Origin: Alphaproteobacteria bacterium
GTDB lineage: Bacteria > Pseudomonadota > Alphaproteobacteria > UBA828
Assembly: GCA_963422645.2 (NCBI GenBank)
Contig: CAXXVO010000005.1
Location: 128,001 to 192,000 of the forward strand
Direction: 5' to 3'
Length of the DNA: 64,000 nt
A model generated the notes under the pieces. That model searched no databases. It saw only the letters and a list, made by a program, of their open reading frames with translations, and was not told the DNA's origin. Made by a program: the position numbers and the translations under genes. Every line of letters starts with the position of its first letter. Within the stretch, counting starts at the first letter, position 1. Below, in pieces: positions 19,342 to 29,604 of this stretch.

Positions 19342-21220
19342 GTAACTGCCCAGGTTCTTGCTGTGAAAATTCTCTGGGATTCGGCACAACGCTACCCACG
19401 CGACGCCCGTGTGCTCCTCTGTGGTCGCCGGGTTTCACAGCTCACGATGCCCCTCTTGCGGACTGCGACCGGTAAGCTACCCCGATGTGGCCCGAAGTCC
19501 GCCCGCGCGACGGGCACCGATTTTCATTCTATGGGGTGGTCCAGCACGGCGTCGACCATGATCGTTTATGAGAATGGCTCCGCTGTTGGAGAACCCGTGC
19601 CAGGTGAGCTTACGCGCACTTGACGGTGGCGATGAGCCGATCCGATGGGCTGGTCAGGGCTTCGATGATATTCCAGCCCTGCTTTCTGGCGGTGGTGATG
19701 ACGCTGCGCAGGATGGCGAAGTTCTCGGCCCCCTGCGCGGACCGGAAGCCCCCGGAGATCTTCTGGCGCAGCTTCATCATCCGAAGGTCGCGCTCGGCCT
19801 CGTTGTTCGTGAACCCGACCTCGAGGTCGATCAGGAACCGGAGCACCGCGCATTTGTGGTCGCGCAGCCTCAAGGCCAGATTGTGACCGATCCTTCGCTT
19901 CCGGCGCTTCTTCCTCTTGCCAGGCGAGAACGGTGGTTGGCTCTCGTGAAAGGCCAGCGCATCGGCGATGATCTCGTCGTATCGGCGCTCGATCAGCGCC
20001 ACAAGCCTCGCCGGAACGGCGATATCCTTGTCCAGCGCGATGCGGGCGGCGCGATTGGCTCGGCGCAGGAGCTGCTGCATCCGCCGGGCCCAAGCCTCCC
20101 CTTCGATGTCCACCAGCGCCTGCAACTCCCGCAGGTGATGGGCGTTGCACAGGCCGTGCTCCACCCCTTCCATCGCGAAGTACGGCTTCCAGTGATCGTG
20201 CACGACGATGCCGGAGACACCCGAGAGCAGGGCGCCGCGCTTGCCGCTGACCCGGTACGCCGCCAGCAGCGGCGTGCAGATCACATGAAGCCACTGCGTC
20301 TGACCGCCGATCCGCAAGCCGGTCTCGTCCATGTGTTTCACCCGCGCCGTGCCCGCCGCCAGGTCCTGTATGTGCAAGGCCGCGTCCCGCAGCCGCTCGG
20401 CCGCCCTCTCGCTCATCGTCGCCAACGTCGCAGCCGTCACCGGCGCGCCGAAGAGCTCGGCCATCACCTGCGACAGCCGATCCTCCGGCAGGAAGTGAGC
20501 GTGCTGAAGGTAGACCGCCACCCCGGCAATGCGCGGGCCGTACTGCACCGGCGCCGACACCCCGTCGGGGAACGCCGCCCGGGTCACCGTCCCGCAATGC
20601 CCGCAGCACTTGGCATGCGCCCGGTGCTCGGTCACCTCCAGGGGGCTCGGCTCGGGCAGATCGAACACCTGGCGGGCGACGGGCGTTCCCGCCCTGGCCG
20701 CGTCCGAAAGCGGCGAACCGCATCCCTTGCAGGAAGCCGGGACGTGATCCTTCACCCGATCCGGGTGATCGGCGCGGCGCAGCGTCTTGCCCTTGTGGCC
20801 GGGCTGGCCACCGGGCTTGCGGCCCGATTTGCCGCGCAGGCTTCGGGTTCGCCGCTTCGAATTCGGCTTCCTCAGCCCATCGCTCGAAGGCGGCTTGCCG
20901 CTGTTGAGGCCGAGACGGCGCTCCAACTCCTCGATGCGCTCGACGAGACGCGCGACTTGCTCTTCCAGCCGCGCGTTCTGCTGCCGAAGCCAGGCATTTT
21001 CCTCCCGAAGCCGGGCGTTCTCCTCCTCCAGGCGGGCGATCTTCTGCGCGGGCGTTTCGGGCGCTGCTCCCGTCGAAGGGCCGCGCGGCGACTCGGGATT
21101 GCTCATGTCGTTGTTGAGTCATTTCCCGAAATTCCCGTCAAGCCCTTTCCACCAACTCCGAACGAGAAACGCCTCAATCCACTGGCCCAAAATGACAAAT
21201 CAGACGACCTGGGCAGTTAC
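19342..21220 (-). mobile_element. IS66-family (ISBst12-like) element without passenger gene
   Basis: Inverted ends GTAACTGCCCAGGT; 8-bp target duplication TTCTTTCT at 19334-19341 and 21221-21228. Confidence 0.95.
19610..21106 (-). CDS. IS66-family transposase
   Basis: KPPSSD, GGQPGHKG, HMDETG, CNAHHLREL, FTNNEAERDLR. Confidence 0.93.
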   Translation of the reverse strand: MSNPESPRGPSTGAAPETPAQKIARLEEENARLREENAWLRQQNARLEEQVARLVERIEELERRLGLNSGKPPSSDGLRKPNSKRRTRSLRGKSGRKPGGQPGHKGKTLRRADHPDRVKDHVPASCKGCGSPLSDAARAGTPVARQVFDLPEPSPLEVTEHRAHAKCCGHCGTVTRAAFPDGVSAPVQYGPRIAGVAVYLQHAHFLPEDRLSQVMAELFGAPVTAATLATMSERAAERLRDAALHIQDLAAGTARVKHMDETGLRIGGQTQWLHVICTPLLAAYRVSGKRGALLSGVSGIVVHDHWKPYFAMEGVEHGLCNAHHLRELQALVDIEGEAWARRMQQLLRRANRAARIALDKDIAVPARLVALIERRYDEIIADALAFHESQPPFSPGKRKKRRKRRIGHNLALRLRDHKCAVLRFLIDLEVGFTNNEAERDLRMMKLRQKISGGFRSAQGAENFAILRSVITTARKQGWNIIEALTSPSDRLIATVKCA

Positions 21221-21473
21221 TTCTTTCTTCATCAGCAAACGAAGCGGACGCAATCAGCACGCTGCCCAGAATTGTCGCCGATGCGACCGTGGCTCTAATC
21301 AAATGCTTCATTGGTTCCTCCCAGTTGACATTCGACCTCCGAACGTATGTGGCGTGAGGTCCAATTGCTCTCGCATTCAGCCATAGAGGAAAGGGGGGGG
21401 ACTCCCCACCATTTGTAAAGAGGGCTCCGGCACGCGCGAGTAGGCGTGCTTGGCACTCTGTGTGGTTTCTGCG

Positions 21474-22727
21474 TCACGCTGCATGGGCTTGTCTCGCGAA
21501 GGCGGGATTGAAGACGGTCTGGTTTTCGAGCATCGCGCAGGCGACGCCGAGCAGGCGGTCGGCGACGCCGCGAAGTGCACGAGCGTGGCCGTGGCCGCGG
21601 GCACGCAGCGCGGCGTATTTCGCCTTGCTGACGGGGTCGTGCTGTATCGCGACCCCGGCCCAGTGGTAGACGGCGTCCTGGAGCCGGTTGTGAGACGCGA
21701 GACGTCGTATGACGATGAGCGACTTGCCGGACCGCTTGGTCACGGGAGCGACGCCGGACAGGCATCGCAAGGCCTGGTAGTCTCGCCGGCGCAGAGGATC
21801 GTGTGCTTCTGCGAGCAGCGTGGCGAGGACGATCCTGCCGACGCCGGGAAGCGAGCTCAGGATTTCCACGTCACGCTGCGCATTTGTTCCCGGCTCGTCC
21901 TCCGGGGAGGCTGCCGATCGGGACAGCGTTGCGCTCAGACGGTCGAGTTCGCCATAGGCCTTGGCGAGCTGCTGCGCGATGACGGCAAGCTGCGAGAAGA
22001 CGACCTCGATATGAGCGACTGCGGCCTCGGTCGTGCCGGGTGCGACGGACACCGCCTGCTCGCGCATGATCCGGAGCGCGGTTTCGGCATCGATCCGGCG
22101 CACCCGATGGCGCTTCAGGAGCTTGGCGACGGTGGCGGCGCGGACGCGCTGCGCCTTTGCGGGCGTCGGCGCAAGGCACCAGAGCTCGCGAACCCAGGCC
22201 CTGGTGAGATCGCTTTCGACCTTGAGGAGCTGCGGATAGTAGCGCCAGAGCTGCTGGCGGGCCCGGTTCACCAGCCGGGTCCTGTCGCGGGTCAGGTCGT
22301 TGGCGATCCGCGACCACTCGCGCAGCTCGACGATCTCCGGCGCTGCCGGGTCCAGGCGCCGGAACGCATGGCCATCGGTCCGCAGGGCATCGGCGAGCAC
22401 GCGGGCGTCGCGGCGATCGTCCTTGGCGCCGGCCGGCGAGAAGCGGTCGCGGAAGCGGTCGAGCTGCTTCGGATTCACGGAGTGGACCGTGAAGCCGCGT
22501 TCCATCATGGTCTCGACGACGGGTCCGTGCGGGATCTCGATGGCGACCCCGATCGCGTGCGGGTCGACGCCCGCCCTGGCGAGGATCCAGGCCGCCATCT
22601 CTGCGAGACCGGCTCCGCCGTGACTGAAGGCCCGCTCGGCCGACACCTCGCCAGCGCTGTCGACAACGCAGACCTGGTGGGTCTCCGAGCCCCAGTCGAT
22701 CCCCGCAAAATACTCAAGCATGTGCAT
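21474..22727 (-). CDS. IS110-family recombinase/transposase
   Basis: AGIDWG, AIE, KDDRRDA, LSSLPGVG and GVAPVTKRSGK motifs. Confidence 0.93.
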   Translation of the reverse strand: MHMLEYFAGIDWGSETHQVCVVDSAGEVSAERAFSHGGAGLAEMAAWILARAGVDPHAIGVAIEIPHGPVVETMMERGFTVHSVNPKQLDRFRDRFSPAGAKDDRRDARVLADALRTDGHAFRRLDPAAPEIVELREWSRIANDLTRDRTRLVNRARQQLWRYYPQLLKVESDLTRAWVRELWCLAPTPAKAQRVRAATVAKLLKRHRVRRIDAETALRIMREQAVSVAPGTTEAAVAHIEVVFSQLAVIAQQLAKAYGELDRLSATLSRSAASPEDEPGTNAQRDVEILSSLPGVGRIVLATLLAEAHDPLRRRDYQALRCLSGVAPVTKRSGKSLIVIRRLASHNRLQDAVYHWAGVAIQHDPVSKAKYAALRARGHGHARALRGVADRLLGVACAMLENQTVFNPAFARQAHAA

Positions 22728-22769
22728 GGCATTCCCTTCGCGCCCTTGTGCAAACGGACCGCCACGATG

Positions 22770-22890
22770 CCTTCCCGTCCCTGTACTGGCGCTCAAGGCG
22801 CAAACTCCCCACCAGGCGTCCATCGTGGCCAGGGACCGAGGCACAGGTCCCCCCCAGGTGCTCTCGGCGCAGGGGGCGCTCGGTTGCTCT
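22770..22890 (-). ncRNA. Bridge RNA core of IS110 element B
   Basis: 11-nt match to the element end (22804-22814 = 21401-21411), 8-nt complement of the other junction (22779-22786), and C/G-run guides at 22872-22876 and 22849-22855. Boundaries approximate. Confidence 0.78.
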
Positions 22891-23185
22891 CGATCCCTTG
22901 GCCCGTCCCGTCCGCAATGGACGGGACTGCCACGATGGCAGGGAGCTTCGATGAGCTGCACCTGGCCACTGGCTTCCCCTCCGCGCTACGCGCTCCGGCG
23001 AAGCCAGTGGCCAGCCAGCACTGCTGCGATGAAGGTCGAGGAAATGGCTAAGCAACGTCTGCACCCCGAAACGGCTGAAGCGTCATGAGAGGTACAGGGG
23101 GGCAAGTTCGCGAGAACAGATCACGACGAGGTGCCGTCCAGTCGGCGGTCCTCGTCTCGGGCAATTCTCCTCAGCCAAGCCGGCG

Positions 23186-24180
23186 TGTCGACGGCGGAGG
23201 AATAATGCACCACGCTGTGGGACACGACCCGGTCCGGTCGCGGCGACGCAAAATTTCGCCACCCATGGCCCCTTGTCGGTAGTGTCGAGGGGCGGGGGAT
23301 GTACGGCGTGGAGATCTATGCGGCGGTTCGTCTGGCGGTTGTCGATGAGGGTCTGAGCCATCACGAGGCGGCGCGGCGGTTCGGCATCGACCGGCGGACG
23401 GTGAAGAAGATGCTGAGCTATTCGGCGCCGCCGGGCTACCGCCGGACCAAGCCGGACGGGTTCACCGGCATCATCGATGCGATCCTTGTCGCGCGGGACG
23501 CGCGCGGAGCGCACGATGAGGCGGACAGGGATCCGGATGTGCCGCGCAAGCAGCGGCACACGGCGCATCGGATCTTCGAGCGACTGCGGGACGAGCACGG
23601 GTTCACGGGTAGCTACACGATCGTGAAGGACTATGTGCGGTCCCGCCGGCAGTCGACGCGGGAGGCCTTCGTTCCGCTGCATCACCCGCCGGGCCATGCC
23701 CAGGTCGACTTCGGCGAGGCGGTGGTGAAGTTGCGGGGGCAACGCGAGAAGGTCGCCTTCTTCTGCCTGATCCTGCCCCATTCCAATGTCTGGTTCGTGA
23801 AGGCCTATCCCCGGGAGACGAACGAGGCCTTCCTCGACGGCCATGTCAGCGCCTTCGCCTTCCTCGGCGGGGTCCCCCGATCAATCCTGTACGACAACAC
23901 GACGCTCGCGGTGGTGCGGATCCTGGGCGACGGCACCCGCCGGCGCACTCGTGCGTTCACGCATCTGCAGTCGCACTACCTGTTCCGCGACCGCTTCGGC
24001 CGGCCCGGCAAGGGCAACGATAAGGGCAAGGTCGAGGCTCTGGTGAAGATGGCGCGCCGCAAGTTCCTCGTGCCGATCCCGAAGGTGCACGACCTGGACG
24101 TTCTGAACGAGCGGCTGGCGGCACGTTGCCTGGAGCGTCTCGATGTGCTGGAGCAAGGCGAGCGGGCGGCGGCGCTGTTG
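23186..24180 (+). pseudogene. IS21-family left end plus truncated istA
   Basis: TGT end at 23186; ORF from 23299 with AQVDFG, LYDN and NDKGKVE; C-terminus replaced by IS3 sequence. Confidence 0.8.
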
Positions 24181-24590
24181 GCCGAGGCGGCCGGCATGAT
24201 CCAGGAATACGAGGCCCGGATCACGGCGCTCGAGCGGCTGGTCGGCAAACAGGCCCTGGAGATCGAGTTCCTAAGGGGGGCTCAAAGGCAAGGACGGCGG
24301 TCGGGAAGCGCGCCCATGTCCGTCATCACTGGCCCGAAGAAGGGCTCTCCATCGCCGAAGGATGCCGACTGATGGGGATAGCGCGCTCCACCTATTACAG
24401 GGAACCGGAGGGATCGGCCGACGACACCGCCCTGGTAGAGGCCATGCACGCGATCAAGGACGAGTTGGAAGCCTATGGCTGGCGGCGCATGCAGGTGGCG
24501 CTCAGGCATCGGGGCTGGATCGTGAACCACAAGAAGATCCAACGCCCGATGCGCGAGCATGCCATGCAGCCGCCGCGCCGGCGCCGATTC
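24181..24590 (+). pseudogene. IS3-family fragment (orfA end and orfB start)
   Basis: LERLVGKQALEIEFL; MGIARSTYY...YGWRRM...VNHKKIQR. Confidence 0.8.
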
Positions 24591-25134
24591 TACCACGCTG
24601 CTGGTGCTTCGGCAGCGTGCCCGAGGTCGTCTCACTCAGTGGTGTGACAACGGTCACCCGTTCAAGAGTATGACCCGGGTCGCGATCGGCGTTTGACATT
24701 GATGGCAGGGGCGATCTGCCCCGGACCTCGTATAAGAGACTGACTCTTTGCCAAGCGACTCCTGCTGCCGAAGCAGTTCTGGCCGGTGAGCTCGCGTCGG
24801 GTCCGAGAAGGCTTGGCGATGGGCCCGGAGAAGGACGCAGCGCGTGCCGCCTAGAGATTTTCGCTTTGGCGGGCGGGGGCGTCTGACCTGATCGTCGATA
24901 TTGCCTTGGCCTCGCCAGCTGGCAAGTCACCCGGCGGCCTTTTGATCTTGCCGCAATGCACATGAAATAGTAACTGCCCAGGTACCCCCTCTCTCTTATG
25001 GAACAAGCCAGTTCCTTTTGCGTCAACGCCCCCACGCCGCGGGGGTGCCTACTCTCTTGAGCGCGAGAGGATGATGAACGCCGCGTCGCGAACAAGATGA
25101 GAGGACAGCGATACTCAGGATGAGCCGGAGAAGT

Positions 25135-26673
25135 TCAGGAGCGCAGTATAGGGATCAGCTGCATCGGTTCCGGGTGCGCCAGGATTTGCAGGATGTTCCA
25201 GCCTTGCTTTCGAGCGGTGACGATGACGCTGCGCATTCCGGCGAAGTTGCAGGCGCCTTGCAGGGAGCGGAAGCCGCCTGAGATCTTCTCATGCACTTTG
25301 TTCATACGGATGTCACGCTCCGCCTCGTTATTCGTGAACGGCGTGCGCAGGTCGGTGAGGAAGCGCAGGCAGCCCTCCTTATGCTTTTGAAGGCGGCGCG
25401 CGAGGTTGTGGCCGATGCGGCGTTTCTTTCGCCCTCGCTTTGCGATCTGGAGCGGCGGTTGGGCCTCATGGAAGGCGATGGCTTCTTCGAGGATACGGTC
25501 CCATGCCCTTGAGATGCGGGCCACCAGGGAGGCGGGGACTTGACGGTCTTTCTCACGGGCGAAGCGGGCGGCCCTGCGCGCGCGCTGAAGCAGGCGGTGC
25601 ATGCTCGCCGCCCATTCCTCCTTCTCGATGTCGATCAGGGCCTGGAGTTCGCGCAGGTGATGTGCGTTGCAGGCGCCGTGGCGGACGCCCTTGATGGTGA
25701 AGTAGGGGGCGAAGTCGTCGTGGACGAGGATGCCTTTCAGGTTCTTTTCGACATCGCCGCGTCCCTCGCCGATGCGCAGGACGGTGAGCAACGGGGTGCA
25801 CAGCACATGGAGCCAGCGGGTACGGGCGGCGATACGCAGGCCGGTCTCGTCGAGGTGCTTGACCGGCGCCTGCGTGCGGATCAGATCGGCGACATGGTCG
25901 AGGAAGCCCTCGAAGCGCTGCGCTGTGCGCCGGCCCATGGCGGCGATCGTGGCAGTGGAGATGGACACCGCGAAGATGTCGCTCATGAGTTCGGCCAGAC
26001 GCTTCTCGGGCACGAACTGGGCGTACAGCAGGTAACTCACCCAAGCGGTGATGCGAGGGCCGTACTGGACCGGGGCGGTGACGCCCGGCGGGAAGGCGGC
26101 TCGTGTCAGCGTGCCGCATGCGCCGCAGAGGCAGCGATGGGCGCGGTGTTCGGTGACCTCGAGAGGCTGCGGCTCGGGTACGTCGAAGACCTGCCGACAG
26201 GCGGGCGCGCCTTGCCGGTCGGCGTCCGAGAGCTCGACGCCACAGCCGGAACAGGTGGAGGGGTGGTGATCGACGACACGGTCCGGGCTGTCGCTCCGCG
26301 CGAGGGTGGTTCCCTTGTGGCCGGGCTGGCCGCCACTGGGCCCGCCGGACTTTCCGCGCTGGCTTTGGGTGCGCCTCTGGGCTCCGCTTTTCTTCTTGAG
26401 CCCGTCGCTGGCGGGGGGCTTGCTGCTTGTGGTGCTGTTGAGGGCCGCGCTGCGCTCGAGTTCGGCGATGCGCTCGCGCAGGGCCGCGTTCTCCTGCTCG
26501 AGTGCGGCATTTTCCCGGGCGAGCGCGGTGGCTGATCGCAGCAGCCCCTGCCCCCATTCCCGGACGGCAACGACGACAGTGGTTGCGAGGGATGATGGCT
26601 CGAGAAGCTCCTTCAGGCAGCAGAAGGCCTCGTTACGGGCGGCGAGGTCTTCGTGCCAGTGCGACACCGTCAC
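25135..26673 (-). CDS. IS66-family transposase
   Basis: Same as 4388-5929 except one codon shorter (RAQRRA vs RARRA). Confidence 0.92.
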   Translation of the reverse strand: MTVSHWHEDLAARNEAFCCLKELLEPSSLATTVVVAVREWGQGLLRSATALARENAALEQENAALRERIAELERSAALNSTTSSKPPASDGLKKKSGAQRRTQSQRGKSGGPSGGQPGHKGTTLARSDSPDRVVDHHPSTCSGCGVELSDADRQGAPACRQVFDVPEPQPLEVTEHRAHRCLCGACGTLTRAAFPPGVTAPVQYGPRITAWVSYLLYAQFVPEKRLAELMSDIFAVSISTATIAAMGRRTAQRFEGFLDHVADLIRTQAPVKHLDETGLRIAARTRWLHVLCTPLLTVLRIGEGRGDVEKNLKGILVHDDFAPYFTIKGVRHGACNAHHLRELQALIDIEKEEWAASMHRLLQRARRAARFAREKDRQVPASLVARISRAWDRILEEAIAFHEAQPPLQIAKRGRKKRRIGHNLARRLQKHKEGCLRFLTDLRTPFTNNEAERDIRMNKVHEKISGGFRSLQGACNFAGMRSVIVTARKQGWNILQILAHPEPMQLIPILRS

Positions 26674-27335
26674 GTGTCTTCGGCCTCGACGGCCATCATG
26701 GCGGCGAGCACGGCGAGGCGTTCGCCCGGCGGCAAGGCCTGGTAGCGCCGGCCCCAGTTGGCTGCCTTGCGCTTGATGCGCTGGCGGTCGGTGAAGTTCC
26801 GGCCTGCGTGGCTGGCCCAATGCATCCGGTCGGGGGCGTAGTTGAACCAGACGACCTCGGTTCGCACCAGACCCTGGGTCGTGACCTGCAGCGCCAGCCG
26901 GCGCCATCCCGCCAGCACCTCGTCATAGAGCGCCGACGGATGGCCCGAGATCATGACCTGGCAGGGCAGAGCCTTGAGCAGCGCGAGAAGCGCGACGTGG
27001 CCGGCCTCCTCGTACTCGAAGCGGTAGCGCTGCGCCGAGCGGCGGGTCGCGTGCAGATAGGGCGGATCGCTGTAAACCAGCTCCGGGCCCAGGAACGGGA
27101 ACGAGGCCAGGAAGTCATGGGCACAGCCGTGAACCAGATCGACCGGGTAGTCGCAGACGAAGGCCTCGAGCGCCTGCGCATCGCGGTCGATGCCGATCGA
27201 ACGCACGGCCGGCGGCTTGCGCTTCGTCAGCGCCCCGCCCCCAAGGTGGCTTTCGATGTAGACGGAGTGCGGCGGCATCAGCGCAATCAGCGCTTGGCAC
27301 AGACCTGCTGTCGCCTTCGAGCCGAAATACCCCAT
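26670..27335 (-). CDS. Dam-like N6-adenine DNA methyltransferase
   Basis: Same as 3726-4391 except M37T. Confidence 0.88.
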   Translation of the reverse strand: MGYFGSKATAGLCQALIALMPPHSVYIESHLGGGALTKRKPPAVRSIGIDRDAQALEAFVCDYPVDLVHGCAHDFLASFPFLGPELVYSDPPYLHATRRSAQRYRFEYEEAGHVALLALLKALPCQVMISGHPSALYDEVLAGWRRLALQVTTQGLVRTEVVWFNYAPDRMHWASHAGRNFTDRQRIKRKAANWGRRYQALPPGERLAVLAAMMAVEAEDT

Positions 27336-27709
27336 GGACCGCTCCCGTCACGCGAGAGAGCAGTCCATAGTCCCGCAACTCTATGAGGTCAAGAACCAAT
27401 CGCGGTGGCAGAACCAGACCGCGGCCGCCGCCATAATCACCGTCCTCAACTCAGGATTGGGGTACCTGGGTAGTTACATGAAATAAGCATTTTGCATCCT
27501 GTCGGCGAACGCACCGGCTTGTTTCATAAGAGCGATTGATCCCATGTCACAATGAGGGATCACAAGTGCACGCCGAACAACAGGCGGCCGAGGTGGCCGT
27601 ACAGGGCGAGGGGAAATCAAGAAAGCCCCTCATCCCGAGTAGGCCTGCACGACCTATTCGAGGAACAGCGCGACGGGAAAACTCTTCGCCGGCGGGGACG
27701 GGATGCGCG

Positions 27710-28705
27710 TCACGCGAAGGGCAGAAGCACCGTCGAGCCGGTGGTGCGCCGTTCCTCGATGGCGCGGTGCACGTCGGCGGCCTCGCGCAGCGGATAGCGG
27801 TTGCGGACGATGATCGTCACCGCCCCCGACGCAACGACGTCGAACAACTCCTGCGCCGAAGCGACCAGGTCCTCGCGTTCCTCGACATAGTGCATGAGCG
27901 CCGGGCGGGTGACGAACAGCGAGCCACGCGCGCCCAGATCCACGACATCGACGGGGTCCGGCGCGCCCGAGGCATGGCCGTAGCTCGCCAGGATGCCGAG
28001 CGGTCGCAAACAGTCCAACGAGCGGGTGAACGTGTCCTTGCCGATGCTCTCGTATACCACCGGGCAGCCCTTGCCTTCGGTGACCTCCATGACCAGCGGC
28101 ACAAAATCTTCGCGCGAATAGACGGCGACATGGTCGGCACCGTGGGCCTTGGCGAGTTCCGCCTTCTCGTCGGTGGACACCGTGCCGATCACGACAGCAC
28201 CCAGGTGCTTGGCCCACTGGCACAGGATCAGCCCCATGCCGCCCGCCGCCGCATGGACCAGCACCGCATCGCCCGGCTGCACCCGGTAGGTTCGGCGTAA
28301 GAGATACTGGGCGGTGAGACCCTTGAGCGTGATGCCGGCGGCGTCTTCCTCGGAGATGCCGTCGGGCAGCCTGACCATCCGCTTGGCCGGCATCACCCGG
28401 CGCTGCGCATAGGCGCCGTGCGGTGGGCTGGCATAGGTGACCCGGTCGCCGACCGCGCATTCCGTCACGCCGTCGCCGACCGCTTCGACCGTCCCCGCGC
28501 CCTCAATCCCTAAGACGAAGGGCAGCGGCGGCACCGGCCAGGGATGCGGCATGCCGCGCCGGTTGTAGGTGTCGATATAGTTCACCCCGATGGCGCCGTG
28601 CCGGATCAGAACTTCGCCCGGTCCCGGCTCGCCGACCGGCCAGTCCTGCCAACGGAAGACGTCGGGCGTGCCCTTTTCGTGGATGACGGCAGCTTTGTTG
28701 CTCAT
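27710..28705 (-). CDS. qor: NADPH:quinone oxidoreductase (zeta-crystallin family)
   Basis: GVNYIDTY, LKGLTAQYL, HAAAGGMG, TTGSTVL. Confidence 0.88.
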   Translation of the reverse strand: MSNKAAVIHEKGTPDVFRWQDWPVGEPGPGEVLIRHGAIGVNYIDTYNRRGMPHPWPVPPLPFVLGIEGAGTVEAVGDGVTECAVGDRVTYASPPHGAYAQRRVMPAKRMVRLPDGISEEDAAGITLKGLTAQYLLRRTYRVQPGDAVLVHAAAGGMGLILCQWAKHLGAVVIGTVSTDEKAELAKAHGADHVAVYSREDFVPLVMEVTEGKGCPVVYESIGKDTFTRSLDCLRPLGILASYGHASGAPDPVDVVDLGARGSLFVTRPALMHYVEEREDLVASAQELFDVVASGAVTIIVRNRYPLREAADVHRAIEERRTTGSTVLLPFA

Positions 28706-28920
28706 GGCTTCTCCCGGTGTGGCATGCGTCCTGATGCCGTAGTCCCGGTCTTCTTTACCATTTTCCGCGAGCGACAGGAGAAAGCTGCGGTGCCGGACGA
28801 ATGCCGTTCTACCGGCGACGGCGACGAAGGGGTCGCGGGCGGACCCGCAAGCCTTGGCAACGCTTCCATGTCGACGCTAGCCTTGTCGATCCACCGGGCT
28901 GATCGACGGGAGGCCGCGCC

Positions 28921-29604
28921 ATGTATGACGCGATCGTTGTGGGGGCACGGTGTGCCGGCGCCTCTCTTGCGATGCTTCTTGCGCGCAAGCGCTACCGCGT
29001 GCTGCTCTTCGATCGGGCGACCTTCCCGAGCGATCAGACCATGTCGACGCATCTCGTCTGGCAGAACGAGACCAATCGTCTGCGCAAGTGGGGCTTGCTC
29101 GACAAGGTCGCCGCATCGGATTGTCCACCGATGTCGTCCTTCATCATCGACTTCGGGGCTTTTTCGCTCGCCGGCGAACCGCCTCCGCTGGACGGTCAGA
29201 AGCACGCGTTCGCTCCGAGACGCTACGTGCTCGACAAGATCCTGGTCGATGCCGCCGGGGAGGCCGGCGCCGAGGTCAGGGAGGGCTTCTTCGTCCGGGA
29301 TCTCGCAGGCGACGGCGACCGCGTGACCGGAATTGTGGGAACGGACAAGACCGGCTCCACCGCAAGAGAGACCGCCCGGATCGTCATCGGTGCGGACGGC
29401 ATGAACTCGCTGGTGGCGCGCGCGGTGCGGGCGCAAGAATACAACGCGAAGCCGCGGCTCCAAGGCACCTACTTCACTTACTGGAGCAATGTGCCCGTCG
29501 ACGGTGTGGAGTTCTACGTTGGGGAATGGCGAGGGGCATACGCCATGCCCACCAACGACGGCATGACGGTGGTCGGCGCGAACTGGACCGCTCGGGATGG
29601 GTAG
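28921..29604 (+). pseudogene. Truncated FAD-dependent oxidoreductase/monooxygenase
   Basis: VVGARCAG and IGADGMNS motifs; ends at 227 aa without the C-terminal GDA motif. Confidence 0.75.

Larger units (their letters stand above)
18468..21311 (-). pseudogene. Sugar ABC substrate-binding protein split by IS66
   Basis: Signal peptide MKHLIRATVASATILGSVLIASASFADEER (21311-21221) joins in frame to TLRIVMITH... once the IS and one target copy are removed; IDQQPYLQGY motif. Confidence 0.9.
21401..23096 (-). mobile_element. IS110-family element B, full copy
   Basis: Flanked by G-runs (21393-21400, 23097-23102); first 512 bp repeated at 29729-30240. Exact ends within the G-runs are ambiguous. Confidence 0.88.
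24970..27477 (-). mobile_element. IS66-methyltransferase element, copy 2 (inverted)
   Basis: Same ends as 3584-6094; own 8-bp duplication ATGAAATA at 24962-24969 and 27478-27485. Confidence 0.95.

Noticed and set aside
24690-24740. TTGACA and TATAAG as a sigma70 promoter
   Set aside because: Spacing is about 32 bp, far from 17 bp.
3584-27477. Composite transposon bounded by the two inverted IS66-MTase copies
   Set aside because: Each copy has its own distinct 8-bp duplication, so they inserted independently.
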